Of a stretch of DNA of 64,000 nt, positions 49,351 to 62,325 are shown piece after piece (positions within the stretch are counted from its first letter, which is position 1; each line of letters starts with the position of its first letter). Location of the stretch: NCBI RefSeq assembly GCF_009914755.1, contig NC_060929.1; one strand, written 5' to 3'. The DNA comes from the human T2T-CHM13v2.0 reference genome, Homo sapiens. The notes under the pieces were generated by a model, which had not been told where the DNA came from, made no database searches, and saw only the letters and a list, made by a program, of their open reading frames with translations. Both the position numbers and the translations under genes were made by a program.

Positions 49351-51151
49351 AGCTGAAAATGTCCCAGGTTCTTTGTCCTTCAAGCCATCAGTTATGAATA
49401 CAATCTCAAATTAGCATTCTAGGTACCTTCAAAGCTGTCTACAGAAATGATGACTAGTGGACCAAAACTGGGGCTTTCCTAAGTGGCTATTATCACTCTG
49501 GATCTCTCTGATTGCTTTCTGATGCTTTAAAAAGTCCAAGTCACATCTTGACATCCCTAAGCAATCAAGTATAGATTTAAAAGTATGCATGCAACATTAA
49601 TAGAACTTTCCCCAACAACATGCAGATTAAGAAAACATGTTAATCACTTAGAATGGGAGTCATGTGTCCAAGGTGTCTGCGTCCCATCCCTAGTGCAGAA
49701 TATTTGCTGGACTAACGACTAAGGATTCTACTGGTGCATACATATGTAAATTAAACCTCTAGCTGCCTGAAACACCTTGAGGGATAAGAAATAACAGACA
49801 CCATGTTATTCATGTCTGGCATTTATATTACATGCGGGGCCCTATTTAAGCACCATTCTGGAACTCTATCAGGTACATTTTTTACATTACAAAAGCTGAT
49901 TTCTCAGATCTCGCCATGTTCCTTCTGGGAGCTCTATTCTGAGACAGAGATTAACAAATAAAGCTTGTTAAATGAGGACATCCAGGAGACAGAAGGGTTG
50001 AAATCATGTCATAAATATGTGGCAGGGGCGCTGTTAGGAAGATAATTTTGTTGTTTAGGAAAATATTTTGATAAATAGCTTTGGTATTGAAGATAAGACC
50101 CTGTGGGCATGGCTTTGAAGGAGAGAGTTCTGTGTAAGTAATGAGCAGGAATTTGAATGTTGTTAGAGAAAGGAGTAGGAAATGGGGAGAGTAATGGAGA
50201 GGGGGAACTAGGGCAATATGCTAGACAATATAGCCTAAGGAAAAAGGCAAATAACTAATTCCTGGTGACAGAATGGATAAGGGATTTGAAGAACAATAAT
50301 GTCAAATATTTTATTTTCAAATTAATTATTTGGCGGCAGAAATTGCCTCTATTACCACCGTCGGAAAACTCTGCCATGCACCCAAAGGCTCTGTGAATGC
50401 AGTTTAGAGATTCAAGGGGCTGAGTACCACTATGTCAAGATGGCCATGTGGAAAGTTGAGAAAATCCAAGGCAAAATAAAAATAAAAACCCACACATGAG
50501 CTCTGTGGAACTAGGAACTCAAAACAAGGGGTCACCTTAAGAACATAAATCCCCAGGAATTCACAGAAACCTTGGTTTGAGCTTTGGATTTCCCGCAGGA
50601 TGTGGGATAGGAGGCTCTAGCCAATTTTATTTAAATCTCAAAGGACAAAGTGTCCTCTGTTGACATCTGGTTTACATGAGTAATAATGCAAGTTGCTGGC
50701 ATGTCTGGCCTGGAATGGAAGGTATCAAGTAGATCTATGAGCTTGAGTTATAGTACAATATCTGAAAAACAAACAAACAAACAAGAAACATGACATATTC
50801 CATGTACCTCCAGAATGTAGAATCAGTGCTAACACTCTGAATTTGCAGATCATTTGCCTTATCATAAAAGAAGACTTTTCTAAGAATAAGAATTCTTTAA
50901 CAATAGACTGTGTTGCCTTGCAAAAATGGTGAATCAATTAATTGCCCTCCCTCTTTGGATGTTCCCCCAAAAAGGAATCTTTCATTGAATCAGGTAGAAT
51001 TAGATGACTTCTAAGGTCCTTTTATAACTCTAAGATTTAGGTGATTTTATTTTAAAAAATATTTATCGGGGACTGTATTAGGCACTGAGACGTTATAACA
51101 GTCGAGATAGCCTACCCAAAGAAGAAAATGGTCTATTGGAATCTACAGTTC

Positions 51152-51990
51152 TTTTTTTTTTTTTCCAACTTTTATTTTCAGTTCAGGGGTACAAGTGCAG
51201 GTTTGTTACATAGGTAAACCTGTGTCACGGGGGTTTGTTGTACAGATTATTTTATCACCCAGGTTTTAAGCCTAGTACCCATTAGTTATTTTTCCTGATT
51301 CTCTCCCTCCTCCCACCCTCCACTCTCTAAAAGGCCCCATTGTGTGTTGTTTCCCTCTATGTGTCCATGTGTTCTCATCATTTAGCTCCCACTTATAAGT
51401 GAGAACATGTGGTATCTGGTTTTCTGTTCCTGTGTTAGTTTGCTAAGGATAATGGCCTCCAGCTCTATCCATGTCCCTGCAAATGACATGATCTCATTCT
51501 TTTTCATAGCTGCATAGTATTCCATGGTATATATGTACCACGTTTTCTTTATCCAGACTGTCATTGATAAACTAGGTTGAGGTTGATTCCATGTCTTTGT
51601 TATTGTGCATAGCGCTGCAATGAACATATGTGTGCATGTGTCTTTATAAAAGAATGATTTATATTCCTTTGAGTATATACCCAGTAGTGGGATTGCTGGG
51701 TTGAATGGTATTTCTGTCTTTAGGTCTTTGAGGAATTGCCACTCTGTCTTCCACAATGGCTGAACTAATTTACACTCCCACCAACAGTGTATAAGTGTTC
51801 CTTTTTCTCCACAATCTCGGCAGCATCTGTTATTTTTTGACTTTTGAATAGTAGCCATAATGACTGGTGTTAGATGACCGGTGTCATTGTGGTTTTGATT
51901 TGCATTTATCTAATGATCAGTGATGTTTAGCTTCTTTTCGTATGTTTGTTGGCTGCATGTATGTCTTCTTTTGAAAGGTGTCTGTTCATA
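51152..51990 (-). mobile_element. L1PA13-like 3' fragment
   Basis: PolyT, then GTGTCACGGGGGTTTGTTGTACAGATTATTTTATCACCCAGG; antisense ORF2 C-terminus HCWWEC. Confidence 0.92.
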
Positions 51991-54900
51991 AATGTATCTG
52001 CCTTTGTAGCCAAGTAACGATATTGAGTACTACTGCATGCCAGGCATATTGCATAATTACCTTATCCAATCATCCCATCAAAGCTAATTACTATTTACCA
52101 TTTTACAGATGGAGAATATAAAGTTTAAAAGCTATGTAAGAACTTACTAAATGTGTCAATGTGGATGACTAATTAAACTTTCTTTGCATCTATTACTTCA
52201 TGGATTTGTTGTGATCATAGCGAGTTTAAACATGTAAAGTATTTAATAATTCATGTCAGTGATTATAATTATATTTTACTACTGTCATTATTGCATAGTT
52301 TTAATAGTGAAACTTAAATGGAACATAAGCCTAATGCGTTCAGATTGCCTTGGCCTCACACAGAATGGGGCAGGATGAGCAGTGAAGGAGCTTGGAACCC
52401 TTTATTTCTCTTGAATAGGAAAGCAAAAGTCATTAGAGCCACTGGATATGGGAGGACAGGTATCTGAATCTCCAAACTGATATCATCTCATTTCCAGTCT
52501 CACTAAACTTGGCAGTCGCTCCTGCCAACAGAGAGCTCTCAGCTGAAAGGTGAAAGGGGAAGAAATTAAAGTACCTCCATAAGCTTCGTGACCTTTTATT
52601 CATTCCATATTTTGAGAAATTAATACACTGTGTTGCCTCTCCTATAGACCATGTGATCTTGGAGAGTGTTAAGTAGATGAAGACTAGAAAGACCAATAGG
52701 ATTTATTTTCCAGCAGAAACAAAAAATATGAGATACAAACATGAGATAAAAAACAAACCAGTCAAATATCTCTTCTATAGTCAATGGATAATTAGTTAAA
52801 ACTTTTTAAGAAGTAGAAAAGGGTTCAAACCATTCTTTAATGATTTCTGCCCACTCCCTCCTGATTATTTTAGCCACAGAAGTAAATCTGAACTGGGAAA
52901 ATGTTTTCTTTCAATTTGCATAACTCAAAGTTCTCAATGAGATGCTAATTTTATGATCATTTTTCCTCCTGCAAAAGAGATTTAATAGTTGCTGCATAGA
53001 TATAATAATTAGTAAGATGTAGTCCTTGCTAATAACTTGATGATAACAATAGCTATTTTTAGTTAAGAGTTCATTATGTGCCACATATTTTGCTAAATAT
53101 TTTGTTTATATATCATTTGGGTTCTCACAGATCAATATTTATGGACCTTATTTTATAAATGAAGAAATAAAATCTTGTTGGGTAATGGTAGATTAAGCAA
53201 TCTTCGTGCCAAAGAAAATTTTTTAAAATTCTAGAAGAAAATGTAAAACATACTCCTCTAAGAACATCAAAGAGCAATCAAGTTAGATTAGAAATATTAG
53301 GCAAAGATATGGGAGAAAACAGACATCTGAAAAGTGAGCCTACATTTGGTCCTCTTTTAGCCCAGAGGATATTTACTAATGTGGGAGAAGTAGATGAGAG
53401 GCTGAGCAGTACTTTTCACAGTGTCATATAGAGTTAGGGAAACAAAAGTCGAAATCCAGGGCTTGCCAAAGTTAGGAGTCCTTATAAAACACTCTATACC
53501 TAGGATTAGGACCTGGAAGGACTTGATCCTAGAAATGATCACAAAATCACATTCATATGGAGTGCACCCTGGTTGTAAGTCATTTGGGTGGCCTAGAAAA
53601 TTTCAAGCCCTAAAATTGAATTCAGATGATTTTATATTGCTATTATTCCCCACCCCTACAAGCACCTGGAAAAAAACAAGTGAGAATCCTCTCTGGACAA
53701 AGACAACAGCATGACAGTCATCAAATTATTTTTATAAATTAATTATTATATACAATAGCCAGACCACAATCGATAACAAGCCAGGAAGAGATAAGAAAAC
53801 ATTAAAAAAGAAAAGCAGAACAACAGAAATGTACCCCAAATACTTCAAATAGTGCAATTTTTAGGCATAGAGTGTAAAAACAATTAGCTTACTATTTCCA
53901 TAGATATGAAAGTTGAATTTAAGGTATTTAGCAAAGAACTGGAAATTATGAAAGCTGGCTTAGCAGATTTGGAAAATAACTAAACCTATAGAGCTGAAAA
54001 AGGGACTCATTGGTTGTACTCAACAGTCTGTTAAATACAGCTGAAGAGAGATTTTATAAACTGGAAGAAAGGTCAGAAGAAACTATTCAGAAAATAGCCT
54101 GAGGAGAAATGAGTATATAACACAGAGAAGAGCAAGTAGGATCCTCAAGGATATAGTTAGGAGATCCAACATACCTGTAACTGAAGACCCAGAAGAAATA
54201 GGGAAAAAGAGATAACGACTGAGAATGGTTTAAAATTGATAAAAATATTAATCTACAGATTTGAGATATACTAATAAGTCCTAAGCAAAATATAAAAATA
54301 AGCCCACACCGAAACACATTATATTGAACTTTTTAGAAAAGAAATATTTTTTAAAACAACTAAAGGAAAACACAGATAACCTTTAAAACAATAGCAATAA
54401 GAGTGACAGATAAGTTTCAATAGCAATCAGGAAAGCCAGCAGAGTGGAGTGACAGCTTTTTATTTGCTTTAAGAAAATAATGCCATTATAGAAATCTATT
54501 TTCAGCAAAAATTATTTTCAAGAATAAAGGTGAGAGAATAATTCTGGGAAGATAGCTATAGTGATGGCAGAGGGTGTTTTTCAGTCTTTCTAAATCATTA
54601 TATAAAAATTAGAGCAAGTGAGATTGCAAAACTAAGAGACCAAGAACAATATATAAAACAAAAATAAAGTATAAGGTATCTTCACCTACCCAAGACACAA
54701 GTGATTTGGATAGGTAGCTACTGGACATGTGTGGTGTAGCATGTATGCAAAAGAAATCAGAGGGAAGCAACAGGGCATTTGATTATCCTGAAAAGAAAAC
54801 CACAGAATCCCCAGTAGTTATTCTCTGAAAAGCGTGAGTCCAAATTGAGATTTAGGAGCTTTAACTGGGAAGAATTTTCACATTACAATTGTCAGTTGCA

Positions 54901-55689
54901 GGCAAGGGACCTGTGGTAAGATTTCAATAGCTGGAACAACCAGACCCCTAGAGATTCTCAAAACTAACCAGCTCAAAGTTTCTTTCAGGATGAAACCCCA
55001 CACTAGAGAAAAACTTCCATAAAATATTTCAAATTGAATACAACAGGATCAAAAAGGGCACAGGAAAGTGAAGAGCCAGATAAAAGTAGGGGAAGGGTAA
55101 AAAAGCCAGGAGGTCTCAGGAAATATGAGGTCATTTTTTTTTAACACTCTACAAAACAACAGAAGGAGGAACTCTTGAGTAGCAAGGTTAGAAAAACTAT
55201 ACTGATTCACTCTTCTTCCTAAATGTTCAATAACAAAAATTTCATATAAAAAGAAGAAAAACAGGAGATAACATTAATCATTATCCTTATGAAGTTATGA
55301 TGAAAGAAATAAAATGAAGAATATAATAACATTTCTACAGACACTGAAGATACACCACAAAGACATGTCCACAAAGATTGTAACCTAATATATCAAACCA
55401 AACTACAAGAGATTAAGAAAACCATAAAAGACATGAAAGAAGAGCAAATAATAGAAATTTAAAACTCAGAAACAAAGTGGTAGAATTCCAGAAAGAATAA
55501 AAAATGAAAACAAATGTATTTCAGAAATAATGATTAAACTAGAGGGAACACATGAGCAAACAAAATAGATAATGGTTCAAGAGAACTAGAAGGTGAAAGG
55601 GAGAAAAAAAATAACTGAAGTGAAAAGACTAAAATTATTTGAGAGAAAATAAGAGAATGCAAGTGAGGAACCATATTAAACTACAATTT

Positions 55690-55829
55690 ACCAGGCTCAG
55701 TGGCTCATGCCTGTAATCCTAGCACCTTGGGAGGCTGAGGCAGGAGAATCACTTGCGTCCAGGAGTGTGAGAACAGCCTGGGCAACATAGCGAAACTCCA
55801 TCTCTAAATAAACAGAAAAATATAAAAAT
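55690..55829 (+). mobile_element. FLAM_C-like Alu monomer
   Basis: Single left monomer with A-rich tail; TSD TAAACTACAATT / TAAACTATAATT. Confidence 0.88.
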
Positions 55830-56713
55830 AAACTATAATTCAAGAAAACTTTGTGGGAATTGAAATGAAGAGACATGAAAAATACATATTGAAATGATAC
55901 ACTACTTAGCTGGGAAAATCAAACCTGAACAACTAATACCAAATGTATTCTAGAAAAACAATAGAACCTCATAGAAATAGAAAAATTCCTTTGAACATCC
56001 AGACAAAATTATGAAGTCACTTATTTAAAAAATTATACTGTCATCTGATATTTCAATAGCTATATTTTATGCCAGAAGACAATGGTGTAATATATTTAAA
56101 ATTCTCACGTAGGAGAATGTGGATGGTTATGTATTCAGTTAAACTCTCTTTCAATGATAAAGGCCCCAAACAAACAATGAGCATGTAAGAATATTATTCT
56201 CATTGGTACTTTTGAAGAAGGCACTAGATGAAAGGCAATAACCAAAATTAAGAGAGAGTTATTGGCATAATATGGATGGAATTGATCATCAGTAACTTCT
56301 GTCATCAAAAAAGGGCAATCTGATTTTATGCACCTCTTGATGCATATTATCATTATCACTCAATATTATGCCTAACTGGGAAGGCTTGTTTTCATATTTA
56401 GGTCTACAATCCACCTAGAATTATTTTTGTGTGTGTGTATTGTGTTAAGATAGGAGTCAAATTCCTTTTTCCCCATGCACATATCTAATTATCCCAGCAC
56501 TGTTCATTGAAAATGCCATCCTTTCCTCACTGCTCTGCAGTGACACTTGGACATAAATCAAATAGCCATGTACTGTGTAGCTCTGCTTCTGTTATGCCCA
56601 ATCATTGAATCTGAATCCAATAAATTCTTTAGATCTAACTATCAATTTGTGGAAAATACAAGAGAGAGAGGAGCATGTTAAGTGACACTCCAGAAAGGCC
56701 ATCAGCAAAAGCT

Positions 56714-56895
56714 AAGTTAATGGGAAACTACACATGATAAGTAACGGTAGCTTCAAAAAATAAATTGCAAGAAAAGAAAAGATCTATGGAGATAAAACTA
56801 CAGGAAGTTAAGGGGAAACTACACAGGATAAGTAACAGTAGCTTCAAAAAATAAATTGCAAGAAAAGAAAAGATCTATGGAGATAAAACTACAGG
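56714..56895. repeat. 91-bp tandem duplication (2 copies)
   Basis: 56714-56804 vs 56805-56895, three mismatches by eye. Confidence 0.95.
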
Positions 56896-57596
56896 TTAAA
56901 AAAACTAAAATTTTTATTAAGCAATTATGATGTATAGACTTCATTAGGATCTTTATTCAAACAAACAAACTGGAAAAAGATGAAGATGAAATATAGACAT
57001 TTTCAGACCAAAGAGACAATGGAGAGAATTTGCCACTAGTGGGTCTGCACTAAAGGAAACAGTAAAGGATGCTGTTCAAACAGAAGGAAAATAATGGGCA
57101 GCAAGGGTCAATGCATAATGAAGATAATCTAAATGAAATGACTAAAAAAATTAACAAGATCAATATAAAAAAACAACTGCATTTCTAAATTCAAACAGCA
57201 GTTTGAAAATCAACTTTATAAAAAGATGCCATTTATAATAGATTTTAAAATATCAAGTTTGTAACAATGAATCTGACAAATATCTGCAAAACCTCCTCAC
57301 GGAAAATTATATGAGAGAATTTTTTAAAAAATCCTAAACAGATGGAGATATACCTTGATTGTGAATTAGAAGATTCATTATTGCAAAAATGTTCAATTCT
57401 CCCCAGATTGATTTTGCATTAAAAAAAATCCAAACTGTTTGCTGTGGAAATTTTAAATATGATTTTAAAATATAAATAGAATTTCAAAGGGACAAGAAGA
57501 GTAAGACAACTTACAGAAGGAAAATAAAATGGAAAGACTTGCTCTATTGGACATTAAGACTTATTGTAACGTTACAGTAATTAAGATAATGTTTTG

Positions 57597-57908
57597 GGCC
57601 AGGCGCGGTGGCTCACACCTGTAATCCCAACACTTTGGGAGGCCGAGGCAGGCAGATCCCTTTAGGCCAGGAGTTTGAGACCAGCCTTGCCTACAGGGTG
57701 AAACCCTGCCTTTACTAAAAATACAAAAATTAGCTAGGTGTGGTGGTGTGCACCTGTAATCCCAGCTACCTGGGAGGCTGAGGCACAAGAATCACTTGTA
57801 CTCAGGAGGTGGAGGTTGCAGTGAGCCAAGATGGCAGCCACTGCACTCCAGCCTGGGCAACAGAGGGAGACTCTGTCTCAAAAAAAGGAAAAGAAAAGAA
57901 AAAAGAAA
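57597..57908 (+). mobile_element. AluS
   Basis: Alu dimer with (GAAAA)n tail; TSD about AAGATAATG / AAGATGATG. Confidence 0.94.
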
Positions 57909-59172
57909 AGATGATGCTAAAAGGTAAAAGATGGGCAATATCAAATGCTGATGAGAATGGAAAGCAACAGAAATTCTTATACACTGTTGGTAGAATTATA
58001 AATTAGCACACATTGGAAACACTTCTGCATTATCAACAAAATTTGGACATACTGCATGCCTGCAACCCAGCAATTCGGAAATCCATGCCCATGTGCCCCA
58101 GGAGACCAGGACAAAATTCACAGCAGCATTACTTATGATGGCCCCAACTGAAAATAACCCAAATACCCATCACAAGTAGAAGGTCTACACAAATTGTGGT
58201 ATATTCATACAATGGAGTACTATAAATAACAAGAACAAATGAATTATAGCTACATACAAAAAGGAAGCTGAATCACAAACATAGAGGAAAATAAGTCATG
58301 CACAAAAGAATACATGCTGCAGAGTTTCACTTACCTACATTCTAAACAGGCAAAACAAACTACAGTATTTGGGAATATTTAGGTGGTAAAACTAAAGAAA
58401 TGCAAGGAATTCCACCATATAATTCAGAATTGTGTGTCTATTTAGGCAAAAGGGACAGAGCGTAATAGACAAATGGCACAGAGAGGGCTTTTAAGGTCCT
58501 GGTAAAATTGAATATCATGCCCTGATTGGTAGTGACCTGGGTGCATTCACTTTATATGAACTCACTAAGTTGTATACTTATGTATATGTATGTTTTATAT
58601 GTCTTTTGTACGTCTATTTCACGTTATACAGTTTTAAGGGGTTTTAAAAGAAGATAGAAAATCAATGCTCAGAGATTTTGAGTTTTCCAAGGAGATATAC
58701 CCATCAACTCAAGGCTGCCCTGGTTTTCCTAACCCCTGAGGCCTGCACTCTCAAGCACTACCTACAAGTTGGTCATCATCTAGTAAAGGATATTGCTTAT
58801 ATCTATAATACAAGAAAGAAAAGAGACAGTGATATCAGAGAGGTAGAAGGAGAACAAAACAAAGGAAGAGATCGTGTCAACCCAGCTATTGGAAGGGATG
58901 TAGCATGTACAAGTCCAAAGGGCCACAGCTTTAGGTTCTCAAAGCTACAGGTTGTATGGATGTGGTCATCCTAACCTCGAAGAGTAAATACGATGCCAGT
59001 GTTGCATCTGGTAGCCTGGAGACACAGCCTCTTCAGCACTCTCTGAAACAAAGGTAAGACTTATTTTCAGAGTAAGCAGCCTGGAGAACAACCATCTCAG
59101 ACCTGAGCACCCACGTTTTTCACACAGGAAATCATGCCTTCATGCCTGCCATGAATAAACTTTGCCAAAAAA

Positions 59173-59459
59173 TTGCAGTTCTTTTCGAATTACAGAACAT
59201 TTAAGAAGGACCAGCTCTGTCAAGTTCTCCGACAGGTGGGGTAGACATGACCTAAACTCATGCCCATTCTCAGAAGGACAGTCTAGCAGGTGAGTTGCCA
59301 CATTAACACATGAATGTCTTTTAAAGGGACTAGTATTATCACGGAGAAAGATTAGAAGGTACTAGGGGAGTGGATACATTCTACCTGGGAGAGCATGGAA
59401 GGTATCCTAGAAGAGATGGCATTTGAACTGGATGTTGAAGGATGATTTGGTTTCTACCA
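59173..59459. repeat. Direct repeat copy 1 (~287 bp)
   Basis: About 95% identical to 60199-60488. Confidence 0.95.
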
Positions 59460-59986
59460 AATCTAACAATAGCTTAATGAGTCGAATGAATGACCCACAG
59501 TGATTAAGTTTCTTCTGCAAATTTACAGATGGCCTCAATGAGCAAGAGGGAAAACACATGAGAGTAACCATCTCTACAGAGCCAATCAAACCTCGTGGGA
59601 CTAGAGGGAGGAGACTGGGAGCTTAAAGCCAGCTAAAAACAAATCTAGATGTCCGCCACCCAGGCCCTCTTCTTCTCCCCACTCTCAGCCTGAACCTCCA
59701 CCCCAGTCTTCATGTTTCTTCACAGGCAGCCAGGAGCTTCTGAATCTTCCTTCTGGTTCACAGAGAAGTGACTCACAGCAATAAATACCAAGAAGAAAAA
59801 GAAGCCTTCCATGAATACAAGGGAAGGATCAGGACCAGCATAAAGCACCCAACTCTCCTTTCTATGAAACAGATAAATAAAGCAATACCAACAACCTAGA
59901 AGTGATGTGCCTCCTATCTACGTTCCCTGTCACATGCCCAAGTGTCTTCACTGCATCTGACAACATGGCAAGGCAGAAACACTCAC

Positions 59987-60072
59987 CAGTTCCTATCATT
60001 CTGGCAGAGACATGGTGTAATTTGCAGAGACTTTTTCAATGCCCCCCAAAACCGGCACAGTTGGCCCATCTC
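59987..60072 (-). other. Candidate 86-nt exon
   Basis: Minus strand: gtgtttcttttcatag|GAGATG...GAACTG|gtgagt. Confidence 0.35.
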
Positions 60073-60198
60073 CTATGAAAAGAAACACTGTTTGTAATTC
60101 ATATAGTGCATCTGGGTTGGAGGGGTCCATCTTGATTTTTTTTTCCCAGTAATCAGACCTCTGGACACTTCTGGATCTGCTTGTCTCATAGGCAGTTT

Positions 60199-60488
60199 TT
60201 GCAGTTCTTTTCAAATTACAGAACATTTAAGAAGGACCGGCTCTGTCAAGTTCTCTGACAGGTGGTGTAGACATGACCTAGACTCATGCCCATTCTCAGA
60301 AGGACAGTCTGAGGACAGGTGAGTTGCCACATTAACACATGAATGCCTTTTAAAGGGACTGGTATTATCATGGAGAAAGATTAGAAGGTACTAGGGGAGT
60401 GGATACATTCTACCTGGGAGAGCATGGAAGGTATCCTGGAAGAGATGGCATTTGAACTGGATGTTGAAGGATGATTTGGTTTATACCA
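60199..60488. repeat. Direct repeat copy 2 (~290 bp)
   Basis: About 10 substitutions and one small indel relative to 59173-59459. Confidence 0.95.
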
Positions 60489-61394
60489 GTTTCACAAGGG
60501 GAAGGGCCAATACAGATAGAGGCAAAAAATGTGCAAAGACATGGGTACTAATTTGATATTTGTCCTAATTCTAATTTCAATTCCAATTGGTAATGCTCAT
60601 GCTAATTCTAATTTACTGAGGATTATTGTGAGTTGGGATGCTATACCAATCTCTTTACATTACTTGTTTTATTTAAATCCTGTAAAGCCCATATGGTATA
60701 GAAATTATTAGTATCATCCCCATTTAGATAAGGACCTATATTTGGAGGAGTCATACTCTTGGTACTTGAGGGAACCTTGATAGTGAGATATTAAGGCATG
60801 TATTTGGGCACTAGGTTACACTGCCTTTGGGGGTATAGGCACCCTAACAAAGAGTAGAGTTAAGATTCAAAAAGGAAGATAATCCAATATTTAGAGCCTT
60901 TCCATTTCTCCTAGAACACCAAAGAGATGAGAAGGGAGATGTGTGAGTGGCTCTTTAAACACGTATCTGTACTTGTGAAGAAATTCTTTCTTGTAGGAAA
61001 GAACTAAAGAGAGGTGTGTAATAGCATGCTGGGCGTTGATAGAGTGAACAGAGATAGGTTCAGACAGTCCCAGAAAACTAGACCTCCAGGGGTCAGATCA
61101 GCAGTAGCTAAAAATGCTATTTTACAAAGCAGGCAGGAATCCTTGGATTCATTAGCTTGTGCACATAGAAATAACTCTAAAAATGGTTTAGGTAAACTCC
61201 CGAATAAAAATCAATATGTTTGGGATATAAAGCTCGCATCAAGAACATACACGTCTACTTTGGCCCCAGCGAGTCTTGCCCCTGCCAGCCTGTCCTATAA
61301 CTATGGAGAACAGAAAATGGGGAAGCCAGCTTCAGAAAATCCCGTAGGATAAGGCTGTGTCTTTAATTTAGGACATTTATAAACACCTTTTAAA

Positions 61395-62325
61395 AATTTG
61401 TGTTTAACTGACAAACAATAACTGTACATATTTATGGGGCACATGTGATATTTGATACATGTATATGACGTGTAATGATGAAATCAATTTTATCATTTCT
61501 TTGTGTTGGGCACATTCAAAATTCTCCCTTCTAATTACTATGAAGTAAACAATAAATTATTGTTAACTATAGTCACCCTGCTGTGCTATAGAACACTAGA
61601 ACTTATTGCTCTAACAGTAATTTTGTCCTTGTTAACCAACCTTTCCCTATCCCCCAGTACCCTTCCCAGACTCTGGTAACCACAATTCTACTCTCTGCTT
61701 TTATGAGCTCAACTTTTTTAGTTCCCACATATGAGTGAGAATATCTAATATTTGTCTTTCTGTGTCTGTTTTATTTCACTCAACATAATGTCCCCAGCCT
61801 CACCCAAGTTGCTGCAAATGACAGAATTTCATTATTTTTATGGCTGAATAACATTCCACTGAGTATATATACCACACATTCCTTATCCACGTATCTGCTG
61901 ATGGATACTTAGGTTGATTCCATATCTTGTCTATTGTGAGCAGTGCAGCAATAAACATGGGAGTGCGGATGTTTCTTCAACATGCTGACATCCTTTCCTT
62001 TGGATATACAGACAGTAGTGGAATTGCTGGATCATATGGTATTTCTATTTTCAGTTTGTTGAAGAACTTTTACACTTTTTTCTGTAGTGGCTGTACTAAT
62101 TATATTCCTACCAAAAATCAGTGTGGTTTTGATTTGCATTTCCCTGATTATTAGCAATATTGAACATTTTTCATATATTTCTCGGCCATTTATATGTCTT
62201 CTTTTGAGAAATGTCTTTTGAGACCATTTGCCCATTTTTAAAATCAGGTTGTTATTATTATTTTGCTGTTGAGTTGTTTGAGTTCCCTATATATTCCAGA
62301 TATTAATACCCTATTGGATGATATC
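61395..62325 (-). mobile_element. L1MA-type 3' fragment
   Basis: AATAAATTATTGTTAACTATAGTCACCCTGCTGTGCTATAGAACACTAGAACTTATT; CCCACATATGAGTGAGAATAT. Confidence 0.9.

Larger units (their letters stand above)
53640..58640 (+). mobile_element. Nested ancient L1M/L1ME remnants (outer ~53640-54530 plus ~56980-58640; inner ~54535-56975)
   Basis: ORF1-like A-rich segments (ACAGCTGAAGAGAGATTT..CTGGAAGAAAGGTCAGAAGAAACTATTCAGAA; AAGAATAAAGGTGA resumes as GATGAAATATAGACATTTTCAGAC), ORF2 3' pieces and an L1ME-type 3' UTR. Confidence 0.7.

Noticed and set aside
59960-60072. Beta-defensin-like pattern on the minus strand (C-AGFGGH-*-KSL-C...IGT..CFC)
   Set aside because: Cys spacing after C3 does not fit C-x9-C-x6-CC, the frame is phase 2 relative to the acceptor rather than the usual phase 1, and no signal-peptide exon is seen
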